Origin: Isurus oxyrinchus
Taxonomy: Eukaryota
Reading direction: 5' to 3'
NCBI GenBank assembly: GCA_026770705.1
Contig: JANJGN010000646.1
Location: 124,001-188,000 of the forward strand
Length of the DNA stretch: 64,000 bases
Below the pieces are notes generated by a model that was given only the letters and a program-made list of their open reading frames with translations, did not search any database and was not told the origin of the DNA. Below, in pieces: positions 1 through 10,958 of the stretch. Position 1 is the stretch's first letter. Every line of letters begins with the position of its first letter. Position numbers and translations under genes: made by a program.

Positions 1-7
1 GTTTCTG
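1..7 (+). CDS. Locus 1 Siglec-like gene: last bases of V-set exon (...VS), rest upstream of window
   Basis: gtttctg|gtaagtgctgtg matches the 3' end and donor of the four complete V exons; the following intron matches the one after V exon 21590-21955. Confidence 0.8.
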
Positions 8-745
8 GTAAGTGCTGTGTTATAATTACTCAACATTTCACATTCAACACTCAATGGGAAATAACACAAACTATGATGTTTACATATTAACACAAAACAC
101 AGCTTATTATAACACACTGTCTGATTCTCAATAACCTGGTGATAGCTTCCAGTTCAGTCCTAAAGCAACCTCTAATACTCACTTTAATATCAATGATTAA
201 ATATATTGACTGTGTCCATCAATGTTATCAGGTTATCCACTCCCATCGATCTCTCTAATCCTAATCTCTAATGTCTCGAAGCCTGACATATCGACAGAAG
301 AAAGATTCACATTTCTATAGCACCTTTCACCACCTCAGAACGTACCAAATCACTTCACAGCCAATGAGCTGATTCCTGAATTGTAGTTACTGTTGTAATG
401 TGAGAAACACAGCAGCCAATTTGCGCACAGCAAGCTCCCACAAATTGCAAAGTAATAAATGGCCCAGATCGCTGAGTGAATGATGGGGTAGTGCACTCCA
501 AACTCTGGTCTGCTCCTCCACCCTCACCCACTATTATCAGTTCAAGTGTCTCGGAGTGAACGTGTGTTAAGCTGCGAGACAGAAACACCAAAGTGTCAAA
601 GCAGGAAATGCTCTCCTGATCATTGTAACCTCTCAGTTCTGATATCATCCTTGTAAAAGTGCTTTCTCTTGTGGGACTGTGGTTTCTATTTGAACTGATG
701 CTTCACGTTATATTTCTCTAAAAGGATCCATTCTCTGTCTGTTAG

Positions 746-1042
746 ATTTCACAGATAAACCCACGATATTCCCTGCTGAAATTATTGCAGGAAAGCGTGT
801 GGATGTAAGCTGCACCTTCAACACAACGTGCAATGGAACAGCAGCACCTGTCTTAACCTGGGACACTCCCACTGACGTACCTGGATCAGTCTCAAACACT
901 GTAACTCAGCATGGTGTCACTCTGACCTATACTTCTGTTCTGACCCTGATCCCATCACTCAAACACCACGGACACACTCTCAGCTGCAGAGTGAGATATC
1001 CATCTGTTTCATCGGAGCGGACCCTCGTACTAACTGTGCAAG
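746..1042 (+). CDS. Locus 1 Siglec-like C2-set Ig exon 1 (DFTDKPTIFPAEIIAGKRVDVSCTFNTTCNG...LTW...LSCRVRYPSVSSERTLVLTVQ)
   Basis: ttag acceptor, g|gtaag donor, phase 1-1, 297 nt; Ig C-W-C pattern plus the extra BC-loop Cys typical of Siglec domain 2. Confidence 0.92.
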
Positions 1043-1164
1043 GTAAGAACGGACACCCTTCCATCTACATTAGCTAGAAAGCTCTACATAGTACACTGCA
1101 AGATCCCACAACTGCATTGTGTTTAGCAACAAATCAATAGTCTTTAACTGATACAAATTCGCCT

Positions 1165-1660
1165 CTGACACTGCAGCAGTCCCTAAATACTGAATCTCCA
1201 ACACTGCAGCACTCCCTCAGTTCTGAACCTTCGATAGTGCAGCACTCCCTCAGTACTGACTCTTCAACAGTGCAGTGCTCCCTCAGTACTGGCCCTCCCA
1301 CACTGCAGCACCCCCCGAGTTCTGACCCTCCAACAGTGCAGCACCCCCTCTGGACTGACCATCAGACAGTGCAGCTGTCCCTATGTACTGAACCTCTGAC
1401 AGTACAGCACTCCCTCAGTACTGACTCTCTGACAGTGCAGCACTCCCTCAGTACTTACCCACCAACAGTACAGCACTCCCTCAGTAATGACCCTCTGACA
1501 GTGCCGCACTCCCTCAGCACTGAACCTCTGACGGTGCAGTGCTCCCTCAGTACTGACTCTCTGACAGTGCAGCACTCCCTCAGTACTGACCCACTGACAG
1601 TGCAACACTCCCTCAGTACTGACCCTCTGACAGTGCAGCACTCCCTCAGTACTGAACTGA
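1165..1660. repeat. 33-bp minisatellite (cagtgcagcactccctcagtactgaccctctga)
   Basis: Tandem copies; same family at 9890-10100, 24670-25265, 28960-30680, 42790-43040, 49030-49325, 51310-51585, 57360-57470 and 59515-59735; explains the TVQHSLSTDPL pseudo-ORFs. Confidence 0.95.
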
Positions 1661-1786
1661 AGTCTCTGCCTGGATTACGGGCTTTGTGAAAAAGAACCTA
1701 CATTGAGATCATACCTTTCACATTCTAAGTGTCTTTCAAAGTGCTTCACAGTCAGTGTAACTTAATTGATGTTTATTTGTTTATAG

Positions 1787-2068
1787 ATGCACCACAGAAT
1801 CTCTCAATTAATTTTCTTGATATGATTAACGCTTCATCGATCAATATAATTGAGGGGAATTCTGCAGTGATAATCTGCTCTGTCGAGAGCTTCCCAGCTT
1901 CTAACCTGACGTGGCGACATCTTAATGTCCCAATGAACAGAACAAGTTCCAACAATGAGCTGTGGTTGGTGATTCCTCACGTTACATCCAGGGACACTGG
2001 AGACTATCAGTGTGTGGCAGAGAATGAACATGGAGCAGTGGAGGGATTCATAAACATCACTGTGGAAC
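1787..2068 (+). CDS. Locus 1 C2/I-set Ig exon 2 (DAPQNLSI...ICSVESFPASNLTW...DTGDYQCVAENEHG...ITVE)
   Basis: atag acceptor, c|gtgagt donor, phase 1-1; C..P...W and DxGxYxC motifs. Confidence 0.92.
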
Positions 2069-2105
2069 GTGAGTTACACAGAATTGAACGTTCTCTTATT
2101 ATTAG

Positions 2106-3135
2106 CTCATGGGATGTGAGTATTGTTGACAAGGCCAGAAATTATTGCCCATCTGTAACTGCCCCTTGAGAAGGTGGTGGTGAGCTGCCTTCTTTAACCA
2201 CTGCAGTCCATGTGGTGTAGGTACACCCACAGTGCTGTTAGGGAGGGAGTTCCAGGATTTTGACCCAGCGACGGTGAAGGAACGGCCGATATAGTTCCAA
2301 GTCCCAGGGCAGACCACCACCTTAAGTTCGCCTCCAAGTCACACACCTCACTGACTTGGAACTGTCTTGGTGGAAGAGGTTAAGGGTTTGGAAGGTGCTG
2401 TCGAAGGAGCCTTGGTGAGTTGCTGCAGCGCATCTTGTACATGGTGCACACTGCTGCCATTGTGTGCCAGTGGTGGAGGGTATGAATGTTTATGCTGGTG
2501 GCTGGGCTGTCGATCAAACAAGCTGCTCCTGGATGGTGTCGAGCTTCTTGAGTGTTGTTGGAGCTGCACTCATCCAGCCAAGTGGAGATTATTCCATCAC
2601 ACTCCTGACTTGTGCCTTGTCCGATGGTGGACAGGCTTTGGGGGGTCAGGAGTTGAATTACTCACTGCAGAGTTCCCAGCCTCTTACCCGCTCTTGTAGC
2701 CACATTATTTCCTGTTGCTGGGTTGTTGCCAGGGCCAATAGCCTTTGCTGTATCCAGTATCATCAGCTGATTCCTGATGTCACGTGGAGTCAATCGAATT
2801 GTCTGAAAGCTGACATCTGTGATGCTGGGACCCTCTGGAAGAGGCCGAGATGGATCATCCACTCAGCACTTCTGGCTGAACATGGTTGCCAATGCTTCAG
2901 CCTTGTCGTTTGCACTGATGTGCTGAGCTCCCCCATCATTAAGGATGGGGATATTTGTGGAACATCCTCCTCCTGTTAGATCTTTATTGTCCATCACCAT
3001 TCATGACTGGATGTGGCAGGACTGCAGAGCTTAGATCTGACCCGTTGGTTGTGGGATCGCTTTGCTCTGTCTATAGCATGTTGTTTCCGCTGTTTGGTGT
3101 GTATGTAGTCCTGTGTGTCACCTCAGCAGCTTGGC
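2106..3135 (-). mobile_element. LINE (CR1-group) 3' fragment with internal deletions
   Basis: Minus-strand RT-tail peptides (SFTVAGSKSWNSLP, IRLTPRDIRNQL..LDTAKAIGP). Confidence 0.7.
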
Positions 3136-3332
3136 ACCTCTGTTATATGTGAATCCTCCTTATAGAAACCTGCATGTACATGGATATTATCAATAAATAT
3201 TACATAGATAAATGTTATTTGTATAGACCTTTCATGCATAGACAATATCACTTCACAAGTTCAGAATTACTACATGTACATAGGGAACCATTCTCAAACT
3301 GTACCGGAGTCATTCATTGGCTGATTTTACAG

Positions 3333-3429
3333 GGCGAGATTCCAATGAATGGAAAGCAGGATTGCTTGGAGCTGGAATCTGTTTGAGTGTTGGACTGAGT
3401 GGATTCTTCATCTTCAAGTGTGTGAGAAA
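3333..3429 (+). CDS. Locus 1 transmembrane exon (RRDSNEWKAGLLGAGICLSVGLSGFFIFKCVRK)
   Basis: ttttacag acceptor in phase 1 with the preceding exon; 20-aa uncharged hydrophobic stretch then a basic stop-transfer; aa|gtaagt donor (phase 2). Not in the ORF track. Confidence 0.85.
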
Positions 3430-3744
3430 GTAAGTGTGAAGGTTTAATTGGTTGTTTTTGAAAATGTTTTCTTCAAACTTCTCTCCTTATAGAAAGAACT
3501 TGCATTTCTATAGCACCTTTTACAATCCAAAATCCTTCGCAGTCCCTGAAGAGTTTTGATGTTCACCTAGTGTTTAACATCTCATCCAACACTCACTGTT
3601 TCACAACTCAGTCCTGTAACTGGCAGTGTTGACCCGGACCATAAAATAGCTTCTGACCTCCTGAGTTTGTGAATGCTGCTATACAAATAAAAACCTTTCT
3701 TTTGTTAGTGAATGCAATCTCTTTCCATTTTCCATGATTCATTC

Positions 3745-3945
3745 ACTCTCTCTTATCGCCACTAATGCACGCCTTCTCATTCTCTCTCTCATTCACTCCC
3801 TCTCTTATCTCCACTAATGCTCTCCTTCTCATTATCTCTCTCATTCCCTCTCTCTCCAATCTCCACTAATGCTCTCCTTCTAATTCTCTCTCTCATTCAC
3901 TCTCTCTCCTATCTCCACTAATGCTCTCCTTCTCATTCTCTCTCT
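3745..3945. repeat. ~51-bp CT-rich tandem repeat (about 4 copies)
   Basis: ccactaatgctctccttctcatt recurs. Confidence 0.85.
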
Positions 3946-4237
3946 CGTCCTCTTACACGTTGTTCAGTCTCTCACATTTTTAAGGAGTGCTGAGCAACAT
4001 CTGCTCCTTCAGAAGATCCACCTCAACACCTGGAGTGAGCAGTGAATTGAAACTCGCTCAACGACTGCTCAGCTTTACACAGGAATCACGTCACAGAGTC
4101 AGGACACAAAGGGTTAACTGTTTGCTTACAACACAACACTAAGGCCCTACATTTCAATGAAAGTGTTTTCACAATTGTTCCCCAATTCCTGATTTGACTC
4201 ACAGTGACACATCAACCCTTTCTCATTAAATACACAG

Positions 4238-4322
4238 AGGGATCAGCACAGGAAGAGGTCATTCAGCCCAAGCAGAGCGTGTGGGCAGTTCCTCCCCAGG
4301 CGAGCAGTCGGACAGGTCCTGG
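4238..4322 (+). CDS. Locus 1 putative cytoplasmic exon A (KGISTGRGHSAQAERVGSSSPGEQSDRSW)
   Basis: The only phase 2-to-0 exon I found linking the TM exon to 4834; cacag acceptor, tgg|gtaagt donor, open frame. Homologous to the 5'-UTR exons of loci 2 and 3. Confidence 0.55.
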
Positions 4323-4514
4323 GTAAGTAACAGAATGATTGGAATTCACTTCCACCACCAACACCGTCCTTTGTTGAGGTTGTGACTTTATAAAGACAGA
4401 TTCCAATGATTGATGCCTTTGAAAGATTTCTACTGATTATTGAGATCTGGGTGTGAGGCTCAAGTCTGTTGTACAGAACATCTTTCTGGTTAAATTGTGC
4501 AGACAGGTTACACA

Positions 4515-4765
4515 CAGTCTACGATTATATTCCCTCGGGTCTAGAAGATTAAGGAGGGATCTAACTGAGGGGTTCAAACTGATTAAACACTCGATAGGGT
4601 CGATAGAGAGAAGCTATTCCCTCGGGTGGGGGTGGGTGGTGGAGGTCGGGTGGAGTCCAGAACAAGGGGGCTGGAACTTCAGATTGGAGCCAGGCCATTC
4701 AGGGGTGATGTCAGGAAGCTCTTCTTCACACAAAGGGGAGTGGAAATCTGGAACTCTCTCCCCAA
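4515..4765 (+). mobile_element. CR1 LINE 3' fragment
   Basis: LYSLGSRRLRRDL and RKLFFTQRGVEIWNSLP motifs. Confidence 0.8.
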
Positions 4766-4833
4766 TAATCAAACCCAACACCGAATACACATCATGTTGA
4801 TTGTCACTCTGTCCATTTCCATCTCTATTACAG

Positions 4834-4938
4834 AAGAGAGGCAAGGGGAAAGCAGGAATCAAATCGACCCATCGTGTTGATGAACATCGAAGTCCTGTTT
4901 ATGAAAACTGTGAGCGTGGTTGGGCTTTGAGGAATCAG
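4834..4938 (+). CDS. Locus 1 cytoplasmic exon B (KRGKGKAGIKSTHRVDEHRSPVYENCERGWALRNQ)
   Basis: tattacag acceptor, cag|gtgagt donor, phase 0-0; tyrosine motif VYENC. Confidence 0.8.
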
Positions 4939-5070
4939 GTGAGTCACACACCACAGGATCCCCAGCCTCTCAGCTGCTCCAGTAGCCTGGTTATTGATAT
5001 GGCTGCTCCAGTCCTGTATCTGCAATGTTTTATACAGTCACTCCCAAACCCAACCAAACTCACACCCAAC

Positions 5071-5810
5071 ACCGTTCAGAATCAATAATCAAACCCCGTT
5101 CAGAATCAATAATCAAACCCCATTCAGTATCAATAATCAAACCCCATTCAGTATCAATAATCAAACCCCGTTCAGTATCAATAATCAAACCCCATTCAGA
5201 ATCAATAATCAAACCCCGTTCAGAATCAATAATCAAACCCCGTTCAGAATCAATAATCAAACCCCATTCAGAATCAATAATCAAAACCCATTCAATATCA
5301 ATAATCAAACCCCATTCAGTATCAATAATCAAACCCCGTTCAGAATCAGTATTCACACCCCGTTCAGTATCAATAATCAAACCGCATTCAGAATCAATAA
5401 TCAAACCCCATTCAGAATCAATAATCAAACCCTGTTCAGAATCAATAATCAAACCCCATTCAGTATCAATAATCAAACCCCGTTCAGTATCAATAATCAA
5501 ACCCCGTTCAGAATCAATAATCAAACCCCATTCAGTATCAATAATCAAACCCCGTTCAGAATCAATAATCAAACCCCTTTCAGTATCAATAATCAAACCC
5601 TGTTCAGAATCAATAATTAAACCCCGTTCAGTATCAATAATCAAACCCCCTTCATTATCAATAAACAAACCCGGTTCAGTATCAATAATCAAACCCCATT
5701 CAGAATCAATAATCAAACCGCGTTCAGAATCAATATTCAAACCGCGTTCAGAATCAATAATCAAACCCTGTTCAGAATCAATAATCAAACCCTGTTCAGT
5801 ATCAATAATT
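5071..5810. repeat. 24-bp minisatellite (aatcaaaccccgttcagaatcaat), ~30 copies, intronic
   Basis: Tandem copies between the two tyrosine-motif exons. Confidence 0.95.
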
Positions 5811-5907
5811 AATGTATCTATTGTGGGTGGAATTTTCGATTTGGATCAATAATACTAAACACTGATCACTCTGATTGTCACTCTGATCATTTCTGTTTCT
5901 ATTACAG

Positions 5908-6024
5908 AAGAAAGATGAGAAGGATCTGGAAATGAAATCTATCCGCGGAGTCAATCCTGATACAGATGATGATCTTTACGCAAACTGTGATTTTGCCAAG
6001 GATTCTGTTTATGGGAATTTATAA
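5908..6024 (+). CDS. Locus 1 terminal cytoplasmic exon (KKDEKDLEMKSIRGVNPDTDDDLYANCDFAKDSVYGNL*) with ITIM-like motif
   Basis: tattacag acceptor, phase 0, ends TAA at 6022-6024; SVYGNL fits the ITIM consensus (S/I/V/L)xYxx(L/V/I). Confidence 0.82.
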   Translation, partial: KKDEKDLEMKSIRGVNPDTDDDLYANCDFAKDSVYGNL

Positions 6025-7142
6025 ACTGAGCAAGAATGAGACACACACAGTGTGGGGAGAATACAGAACGGGAGAATCATTCAAAACTCCAATTTACCTT
6101 CCTAATATCCACAGGAACTCACTCCCAGGAAATAGATTTAAACCTCTTGTTACAATCTGATGGAATTTCTTCGGAATGATCTATCCAGGATGATTGTCTG
6201 TGGGTTTCAATTCGAACATCCTCCTTCAGAATTGTCCCTCACTGTTGGAAACATCCTTCTCTCCATTCTGATTGTAAATGTCTTTAGATATCATTCGATG
6301 ATGTACCAGGACAGAACGGACAAATTCAATCCCGTGTCCGTGATTATGAGTTAATTTTCATTCTGTTATTCACCTTCCTGTCTGTCAGTGTTTACAGAAT
6401 ATTCATCAGCCAGTGTAGACTTCAGGAAATGCAGGATCAGTGGATAATTGGAGCAGAGGAGATTGGCAAAATTTACTCAGCATTTTGTAATCAAATGTAT
6501 TTTCAGATATATATTTGGATTTTACACTTCATCGTTAAACAGCAAAACTAACAGCAATCCCAGAAACATGGAAACAATTTGTTTGGAGATTTGAGAAATT
6601 CTCTGCAGCTCAGAGGATAACAGATGTGCTACAGTGCCACTACTGGTGGGAGGACATCATTTCAGCGTGACATGTTTACATTGATGTTGCCAATGAACAT
6701 TGGAAATTATGATGTGAAAAATTGGTTGCAGGTTTACCTTCTTCAATATGTCATAGATGGATGAGACAGCTTTGATAACAGAATGAAATAGAGCTGCAAT
6801 AAACCACCATTTTAGTCTTTCACACTTGGAGAGTACAATTAGCATCCATTCTGAAGGCTGAGTGGATGGGTGGACTGTGCGATGTGTTACAGATCACAGA
6901 GACCAACATCCTTGATCCTGGATCTGCTCTATGTTTGATGAGATACTTGGATAAAAGATTGGGAAAATAAATAATCCTCCGGCCTTAACCTGTAACTGGT
7001 CTCCCCATCTGTCAATGTCCTGAGGACAGAATTGGGTTTGAGGTCCCAAATCAGACGCATACTTTGACTGCCCATTGAATAGGAACAGGAGGAGGCCATT
7101 CAGCCCCCTCGAACCTGCTACACAGGAACAAGAGAGCACCTG

Positions 7143-7324
7143 AAATAAAAACAGAAAATGCTGGAGAAACTGAGTAGGTCTGGCAGCATCTGTGGAGAGA
7201 TAAACGGAATTAACATTTCGAGTCCGTATGACCCTTCTTCAGAGTCTATGAGCAAAAATTCTGTTTCTCTCTCCACAGCTGCTGCCAGACCTGCTGAGGT
7301 AAGGCAGCATTTTCTGTTTTTATT
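7143..7324. mobile_element. Palindromic MITE-like element, Penelope-derived
   Basis: Terminal inverted repeats aataaaaacagaaaatgctg...cagcattttctgtttttatt with inner inverted arms. Confidence 0.65.
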
Positions 7325-7364
7325 GAAGATTTATAACATCTGCCGTATTTATTTTTAATGAGAG

Positions 7365-8030
7365 GAGGACATTCAGCCCCTCGACACTGTTACACAGGAA
7401 CAGGAGGAGGCCATTCAGCCCCCTCGAGCCTGTTACACAGGAACAGGAGGAGGCCATTCAGCCCCATGAGCCTGTTATACAGGAAAAGGAGGAGGCCATT
7501 CAGCCCCTCAAGCCTGTTACACAGGAACAGGAGGAAGCCGATTCAGCCCCTCGAGCCTGTTACACAGGAACAGGAGGAGGCCCATTCAGCCCCTCGAGCC
7601 TGTTACACAGGAACAGGAGGAGGCCCATTCAGCCCCTCGAGCCTGTTACACAGCAACAGGAGGAGGCCCATTTATAACTTCAAGCCTCTAACACCAGAAC
7701 GTAAGGACGTCATTTCAGCCCCATGAGCTTGATGAACAGGAACAGGAGGAGGTCCATTAAGCCCCTCAAGTCAGTTACATAGGAACAGGAGAAGTCTCAT
7801 TCAGCCACACGAGCATCTTATATAAGAACATGAGGGGGCCCAAACAGCCCCTCAAGCCTCTTACACAAGAAATGGAGGAGGAGATTCATTCAGTCCCTTG
7901 AGGCAGTTTTACAGGAACAGGAGGAGGTCCATTCAGCCACACAAGCCTCTTACACAGGAACAGGAGGAGGTCCATTCAGCCCCTCAAGCCTGTTACACAG
8001 GAACAGGAGGAGGCCCGTTCAACCACCTCG
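7365..8030. repeat. ~41-bp minisatellite (acaggaacaggaggaggccattcagcccctcgagcctgttac)
   Basis: Tandem copies; the unit resembles the CR1 3' terminus. Confidence 0.9.
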
Positions 8031-8139
8031 AGCTTCTTGCATGTGAACAGTCGATGGCCCTTCAGCCACATTCTTGGCACGCAAAGGGTTAACAGTTTTC
8101 TAACTGTGCGAGGCAAAGAGATGCTTTCTAACTTGGTAC

Positions 8140-8284
8140 TAACCACTTCCTCATTTTGTCTCACAGTGACACATCAACCCTTTCTAATTAAACACACAGA
8201 GGGAGCAGCACAGGAAGAGGTCATTCAGCCCAAGCAGAGCGTGTGGGCAGTTCCTCCCCAGGCGAGCAGTCGGACAGGTCCTGG
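8140..8284 (+). promoter_or_regulatory. Locus 2 promoter/5'-UTR exon module 1 with PU.1/ETS-like site
   Basis: cacttcctcattt (AAATGAGGAAGTG on -) at 8144-8156; donor tgg|gtaagt at 8284/8285, ~410 bp upstream of a leader exon; module repeated at 10325 and 30900. Confidence 0.55.
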
Positions 8285-8727
8285 GTAAGTAACGGAACGA
8301 TTGGAATTCACTTCCACAACCAACACCGTCCTTTGTTGATGTTGTGACTTTATAAAGACAGATTCCAATGATTGATGCCTTTGAAAGATTTCTACTGATT
8401 ATTGAGATCTGGGTGTGAGGCTCAAGTCTGTTGTACAGAACATCTTTCTAGCTCAAGGGATGAGGGAAGTGCAGGGACATGAGCTTTGGGGTGTCCTGAG
8501 CAGGTAAAAGGTGATATAGAAATGCAAGTCCTTCATTGTTTTACTTTCTTAAAGCCTTATAACTCTCTGCAGAGCAACTATCATCCCACAGAGAATGAAA
8601 TTAGTCTGTGAAGACATTGTCTAAAAGCAGTTCCGATCTCTCGAGAGGTGTCGGACAAGAGGTGAGGTCTCGTTAATTCATTTCTCTTTCACAGCTTGAG
8701 AACCAATGAAATACCTGGGAGTGTACA

Positions 8728-8767
8728 ATGATCAGGAAATATTACTTCCTCCTGTCACTTCTCCAAG
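8728..8767 (+). CDS. Signal-peptide (leader) exon 1, MIRKYYFLLSLLQ (exon starts 8695)
   Basis: tttcacag acceptor, acaATG, g|gtaat donor in phase 1; joins V exons to give MIRKYYFLLSLLQVGLSQ-EWK. Confidence 0.75.
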
Positions 8768-9554
8768 GTAATATCATTGTCAGCTCGGATAGATTTATGG
8801 CTAATCACCTTTGTAAAACATAATTCTTATTGAGCTCTGATTGGGAACAGATTCAGCAGTGAGCCAGTGTACAATCTCACACCAAGTCCCATTCACCCAT
8901 CACCCCTGTGCTCACTGATATACACTGACTCCCTGTCTGACAGCAGAATTGGAGGAGAGCAGAGGACTTTGAGGTTTGCATGGTTGGAGGAGAAAGTGAT
9001 TGGAGAAGAGGAATGGAGGGAATGGAAATTGAGGATGAGCGTCTTAAACTCGAGGCTCTGCTGGACTGGGAGCCAGTGCAGGTCAGCGAGTGGCAGAGGG
9101 TGTGAGGTGTTGAGTCGAGAAACAGTGATAAATACTGGGGGATGAAGTCTATCCTGATGCTTGGACTCTGATAGCAAAGGAATGAAATTTGTGTCTTTTC
9201 CTGATTTTAATCAGAATTTCCCATGAAGACAACACAGCAGCTCCTAGAATAGACAGGCTGTTCAGTGTCACACTTCCTGTCCATTCTCACCTTGCTAGAT
9301 ACTTCAATAAGGGAGCAAGATAACTGAAAGAGAGAAGGAAGGTAAAGCTGTCCGTGTGTAAAGGTGTCAATATTCAGTTTGCATATTTGTCTTTCTCTCG
9401 ACACATGCAGAGCTCAGGCTAGAGGCACTTTGTTAGTGTGTTTCACAGTGTCTGCTGGAGTAGGGTCAGTGCTGAGCTTGGGGACAAGTCAGTCTACAAT
9501 GCTGCATCGGAATCAACAATACAACAATATGGGGTTTGGATCAGAAATAATCCC

Positions 9555-9732
9555 TTAGACAATGAGGATCCAAAGAGATTCCATAGACAATGAGGATCCA
9601 AAGAGATTCCTTAGTCAATGAGGATCCAAAAAGATTCCTTAGACAATGAGGATCCAAAGAGATTCCTCAGACAATGAGGATCCAAAGAGATTCCTTAGAC
9701 AATGAGGATCCAAAGAGATTCCTTAGACAATG
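9555..9732. repeat. 28-bp tandem repeat (ttagacaatgaggatccaaagagattcc), ~6 copies
   Basis: Direct inspection. Confidence 0.92.
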
Positions 9733-10324
9733 AACATACAAAGTGCACCAATCAGATTGAATCAGATTAACCAATCAGCTGTGTTGAAGAGCAGACAGGA
9801 ATGTTAGGCTAATTAGTGATTCATGACGGTGATAATGGGGGGAGTTCTGAGGGCTCCTAATCCATTGTCCTGTCTTGTAAATCAGCACCTTAATACTGAC
9901 CCTCCAACAGTGCAGCACTCCCTCAGTACTGATCCTCCAACATTGCAGCACTCCCTGATTAATGTCCCTCTGACAGTGCAGCAATCCCTCAGTACTGACC
10001 CTCAAACAGTGGAGATCTCCCTCAGTACTGACCTTACAATAGTGAAACACTCGCTCAGTAATGACCATCCGACAGTGCAGCACTTGCTCAGTACTGACAC
10101 TGGGGAGTTTCAGTCTACTGTGTGGGGCAGACGTCCCCTGAATCGGGTCTTGAACCCCACAACGTTCTGACCCCCTGAATTTGGCTGTGAAACCCACTGA
10201 CCCAAAGGAGAAACTCCTGGTCAATGACTGTCCACCTGTGAGCAGAAATATCAACACAGGGACAGGACACAAAGGGTTAACAGTTTACCAGCATCTCAAA
10301 ACAGGAGCTGCTCTGTCACTTTGA

Positions 10325-10468
10325 TCCAACTTCCTCATTTTGTCTCACAGTGACACATCCACCCTTTCTAATTAAACACACAGAGGGAGCAGCACAGGAA
10401 GAGGTCATTCAGCCCAAGCAGAGTGTGTGGGCAGTTCCTCCCCAGGCGAGCAGTCGGACAGGTCCTGG
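10325..10468 (+). promoter_or_regulatory. Locus 2 promoter/5'-UTR exon module 2 (canonical donor mutated gtaagt>ttaagt)
   Basis: Near-identical to 8140-8284; ETS core acttcctcattt retained. Confidence 0.5.
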
Positions 10469-10918
10469 TTAAGTAACGGAACGATTGGAATTCACTTCCA
10501 CCACCAACACCATCCTTTGTTGATGTTGTGACTTTATAAAGACAGATTCCAATGATTGATGCCTTTGAAAGATTTCTACTGATTATTAAGATCAGGGTGT
10601 GAGGCTCAGGTCTGTTGTACAGAACATCTTTCTAGCTCAAAGGATGAGGGAAGAGCAGGGACATGAGCTTTGGGACATCCTGAGGTGGTGAAAGGTGCTA
10701 TAGAAATGCAAGTCCTTCACTGATTTATTTTTTTACAGCTTTTTAACTCTCTGCAGAGCACCTATCATCCCACAGAGAACCAAATTAGTCTGTGAAGACA
10801 TTGTCTAAAAGCAGTTCTGATCTCTTGAGAGCTGTCGGACAAGAGGTGAGGTCTCATTAACTCCTTTCTCTTTCACAGTTTAAGAGTCAGAAGCTAAAGG
10901 CATATCTGGGAGTGGACA

Positions 10919-10958
10919 ATGGTTGGGAAATCTTACTTCCTCCTGTCACTTCTCCAAG
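10919..10958 (+). CDS. Signal-peptide (leader) exon 2, MVGKSYFLLSLLQ (exon starts 10879)
   Basis: Paralog of 8695-8767 with intact acceptor, ATG and phase-1 donor. Confidence 0.75.

Noticed and set aside
3985-4047. Possible exon after the locus 1 TM (KSAEQHLLLQKIHLNTWSEQ*)
   Set aside because: Plausible acceptor, but it cannot put the Tyr-motif exons in frame; at most a short-tail isoform, unsupported
4994-5852. Long repetitive ORFs (INNQTPFR, SIIKPRSE) on both strands
   Set aside because: Translations of a 24-bp intronic minisatellite, open in several frames
9555-9732. 28-bp repeats resembling a CRISPR array
   Set aside because: Head-to-tail with no spacers, no cas genes, vertebrate DNA
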